Assembly: GCF_009914755.1 (NCBI RefSeq)
Contig: NC_060937.1
Source of the DNA: the human T2T-CHM13v2.0 reference genome, Homo sapiens
Length of the DNA: 64,000 bases
Strand: one strand, 5' to 3'
The position numbers were made by a program, and so were the translations under genes. This document shows positions 59,303-64,000 of the stretch, piece by piece (within the stretch, counting starts at the first letter, position 1; each line of letters starts with the position of its first letter). The notes beneath the pieces are model-generated. The model did no database searches, was not told where the DNA came from, and worked only from the letters and a program-made list of their open reading frames with translations.

Positions 59303-60299
59303 GGAGAGAGAAGTTTTCATTGTTTCCTCCTGTGGACCACTCAGTGGAAGGAAAATGTTTGCAAGGTCCCTTCTAAATTTCCTTCCCTCTTCCTTCTTTT
59401 TCGCTTTGTCTGTGTCTCTTGCCTTTTATCTGCGCTTATCATAAAGCAGAGAGGTAAAGTGAGAACAGGAGCCATATGAAGGTGTAACTGACCAAGCGTG
59501 GGGAGGAGGGGCAGGCTAGGAAATGGGAACCAATACTCCCTCAGGACCCTACAATGGCACTCACATCTGCTTCCTCCTGAATGAGTGGTTGGGGAGGAGC
59601 TGGATTATCTCAGCTCCTCTTTTCTGTTACCTTTGCCTAGACTGTTAAATTACAGTGGCATGCAATAGATAAACATATTAAATCTCTCTGTAATATGCAG
59701 GTGAGTTCTCCAAATGTCTGCCTGTTCTGTTTTTTGTTTTGTTTTGTTTTTGTTTTTTTTTATGAAGGTGTTTCTTCCTTATAAATTGCCTTATGGTACA
59801 AAGTAACTCATCACCCTTGTCAAAGCTGGTTGAGCCAGAAACCGGGCCAAAGACAGGGACTTTCTATAAGACTGGCCAGCATTGCGAGGCAATCAGAGAT
59901 GAAATTCCTGCCTAAAAGGAATCATATTGATTAGCTGGATCGACCAAATCTGTTCTTATTGATCAAGTTTTGAACCTGAGATACAGAAAATGTTGACTAT
60001 TTGCAATGGAACTGAAAGTGAAAATACACAAGGAGGAAAACAGAGACAGGTTGAGTTACCATAAAGGCAAACACCAGCAGTTATTAAATGTTGCTCTTCC
60101 TCAAGGCTCCAGCATATTTTTTCTTCCCACCCTATACAATCTCATCCAGATTTACACCTTCCAGTATTATGAAAACATGGAGAACTTTACTAGGACTGAA
60201 GCTCAAAGGAGGCAGTCATTTTTGTCTGTTCTGTTCATTGACCTACGCCACATGTCTAGAACAGCACCTGAATAAATAATTGAGAATTACATTGAATGT

Positions 60300-61450
<1,151 letters not shown>

Positions 61451-61986
61451 AAGCAGATTGTGAGGATGCTTCCAGAAGAACGGAAAAGTACATGAATTAC
61501 TTGAAAAAAGATCCAAACGGACTGTGTGAAAGTTGAGTTCAAAAGGAATCAGGGCAATGACTCCAGCTCCAGCATGTTCCTATTTAATGTGTAGGTCCAC
61601 ACAGGGTAAACCTCACTATTCTAACTCCTCACAACAAATCTTAACACAACTATAAGAGTGCCTTTTTGTAATTCAACAACTGCCAGGCACCGCATAAAAC
61701 TGAAAACTGTCATGCTTTTCTCTTAGAACCATTGCAATCTAGTTTCCCACTGCCTGTGACAGGATCTGAAAGAAAAAGTGCTGCGAGGTTGCTCTTCCTT
61801 ATCATCCTTGCTGTTTTCAATGGTACAGTGCAGTAAGCTCATGCTTCTTAACAATTTTGTTCTCTTGATTAAAGGAAACAAAATAAAATAGCATCCTTAC
61901 AGTTAAGCAGTGGGTGGTGTTCAGTTGGAGTTGAAGTGTGAGCTTCTCTCCTGTTTGGGCACATCTTCCCTCCAAATCCCACTATA

Positions 61987-62288
<302 letters not shown>

Positions 62289-62830
62289 TATATATATATA
62301 TATTTTAATTGAAGGGTTACCTTGCAGAGTGCTGTGGAAACTAGAATGAAAATAATTCTGAATTAGCACAATTAAAGAATGATACAACCGACAACCCACC
62401 ATTGTAGACTCGAGTGGACAATCTTAGGTGTGTAGTTTCATGTTTGTTCCATGGTAAGAGAGATCATGCTAACAAAACAGTCCCGAGTACCCATGGATGA
62501 GGCAAAGAAAAGGTCTCTAAAACAATGTCCTTCTGGTTTGAGTTAATCACACATGACATGAAATTTTGGAAGGGCTTACAGAAACCTTTCCTCTAAGAAA
62601 GTCTCAAGTCTATAAAATTTTACTATGATGGGGTTTGATTCCTATAATCAAAGAAAGGCAGAAGAAAATAACTCCAACTGCTGAGAAAGCTGCTCCAGGG
62701 TGGCGCAGGCTGGCGTAGGATTCCAAGGGTACGTCCATTGTTCCCTGCTGCCCCATGCTCTCAGCCAGGCTACTTGCCAGCTTTAGAAGGGATCGTTTCT
62801 TCTTGAGTCCAGAGAACAAGGCTCTGGAGG

Positions 62831-63270
62831 TGTGTTAGTTGTCTAGGGCCGCTGCCACAAAGTTCCAAAAAACTGGGTGGCTGAAAACAGAAATGTATTG
62901 TCTCATATTTCTGGGGGCTGGAAGTCTGAGATCAAGATGTCAGCAAGGCAAGCTCCTTCTGGAGGTTCTGAGGGGGGTCTACTCCATGGGACTTTTCCAG
63001 CTGCTTGTGATGCCAGCAATCCTGGGTGTTCCTTGTGGACCACATCACTCTGGTCTGTGGCTTCATCATCACACAGTGCTCTCTCTGTGTGTCTGTGTCT
63101 GTGTCTCTTCTCTTTTTATGAGGACAACAGTCATATTGAGTCCACCCTAATGACCTCATCTTAACCTGATTGCATCTACAAAGACCCTATTTCCAATCAA
63201 GTTACATTCACAGGGACTGAGGCGTAGGGCTTCCACGTACCTATTTGAGGGACAGAATTCCACTCATATC
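62831..63270 (-). mobile_element. MLT1 solo LTR
   Basis: tgtgttagtt...gctgccacaaagttcc...ggctggaagtctgagatcaag...caccctaatgacctcatcttaac. Confidence 0.85.
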
Positions 63271-63312
63271 AGGAGAACATCAATTCTAACAGGTACTTCT
63301 GTTTTGAACTGA

Positions 63313-63654
<342 letters not shown>

Positions 63655-63821
63655 TGACTTCTAGATTCCTAGGCTGTTGTTTTTATGTTGATAATTGATA
63701 TTCCCAAATTCTGAGCCTCTGTTGTGACTTCTTGGCTTAAACCTTGATCTAAACTGTTCTGTCTTAGCCATTTCATTTCTTCAAACCAATTTTATTGCTG
63801 TTTATGTCTTAGTGTGACAGA

Positions 63822-63881
63822 GAATTTATTATAAAAAGTCTAACATTTATTATAAAAGTAAGAATTTATTATAAAAGTAAG
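63822..63881. repeat. Tandem repeat, three copies of about 20 bp (atttattataaaagt)
   Basis: Directly visible. Confidence 0.85.
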
Positions 63882-64000
63882 TAGCTATTTCAGAAATAGC
63901 AGATCAAATGCTCTATAAGCTGATCTTTTGAGATTTACATCATGGAAAGTTATGGGCAATAATAAACTGACCTCAAAAGAGTCATCTCTGACCAAAAGAT

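Overview
Human (hominid) genomic DNA lying entirely inside the NALCN sodium leak channel gene, which runs on the minus strand. I mapped eleven canonical coding exons base by base, all with GT-AG junctions and consistent phases. By my recollection of the 1738-aa reference they are exons 16-26, about aa 614-1019: the cytoplasmic II-III linker and domain III S1-S4/S5. The window is otherwise intronic and repeat-rich (about 18 Alu/FAM/FLAM elements, THE1 and MLT1 solo LTRs, L1PA/L1M fragments, L2, MIR), and nearly all supplied ORFs are repeat-derived noise. Most interesting: (1) in intron 18, an 87-nt in-frame cassette exon (16009-16095); (2) just downstream, an alternative last exon (15681 to about 15530) whose in-frame stop overlaps an AATAAA and which would give a two-domain half-channel; (3) exons 16+17 form a stop-free 279-nt phase-0 unit bracketed by inverted Alus (circRNA or in-frame skip candidate); (4) a roughly 280-bp high-identity inverted duplication in intron 15; (5) four strong CTCF-like motifs in a divergent arrangement. 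No prokaryotic-type system, RNA gene or CRISPR array is present. Exon numbers and repeat subfamily calls are from memory, not from database searches.
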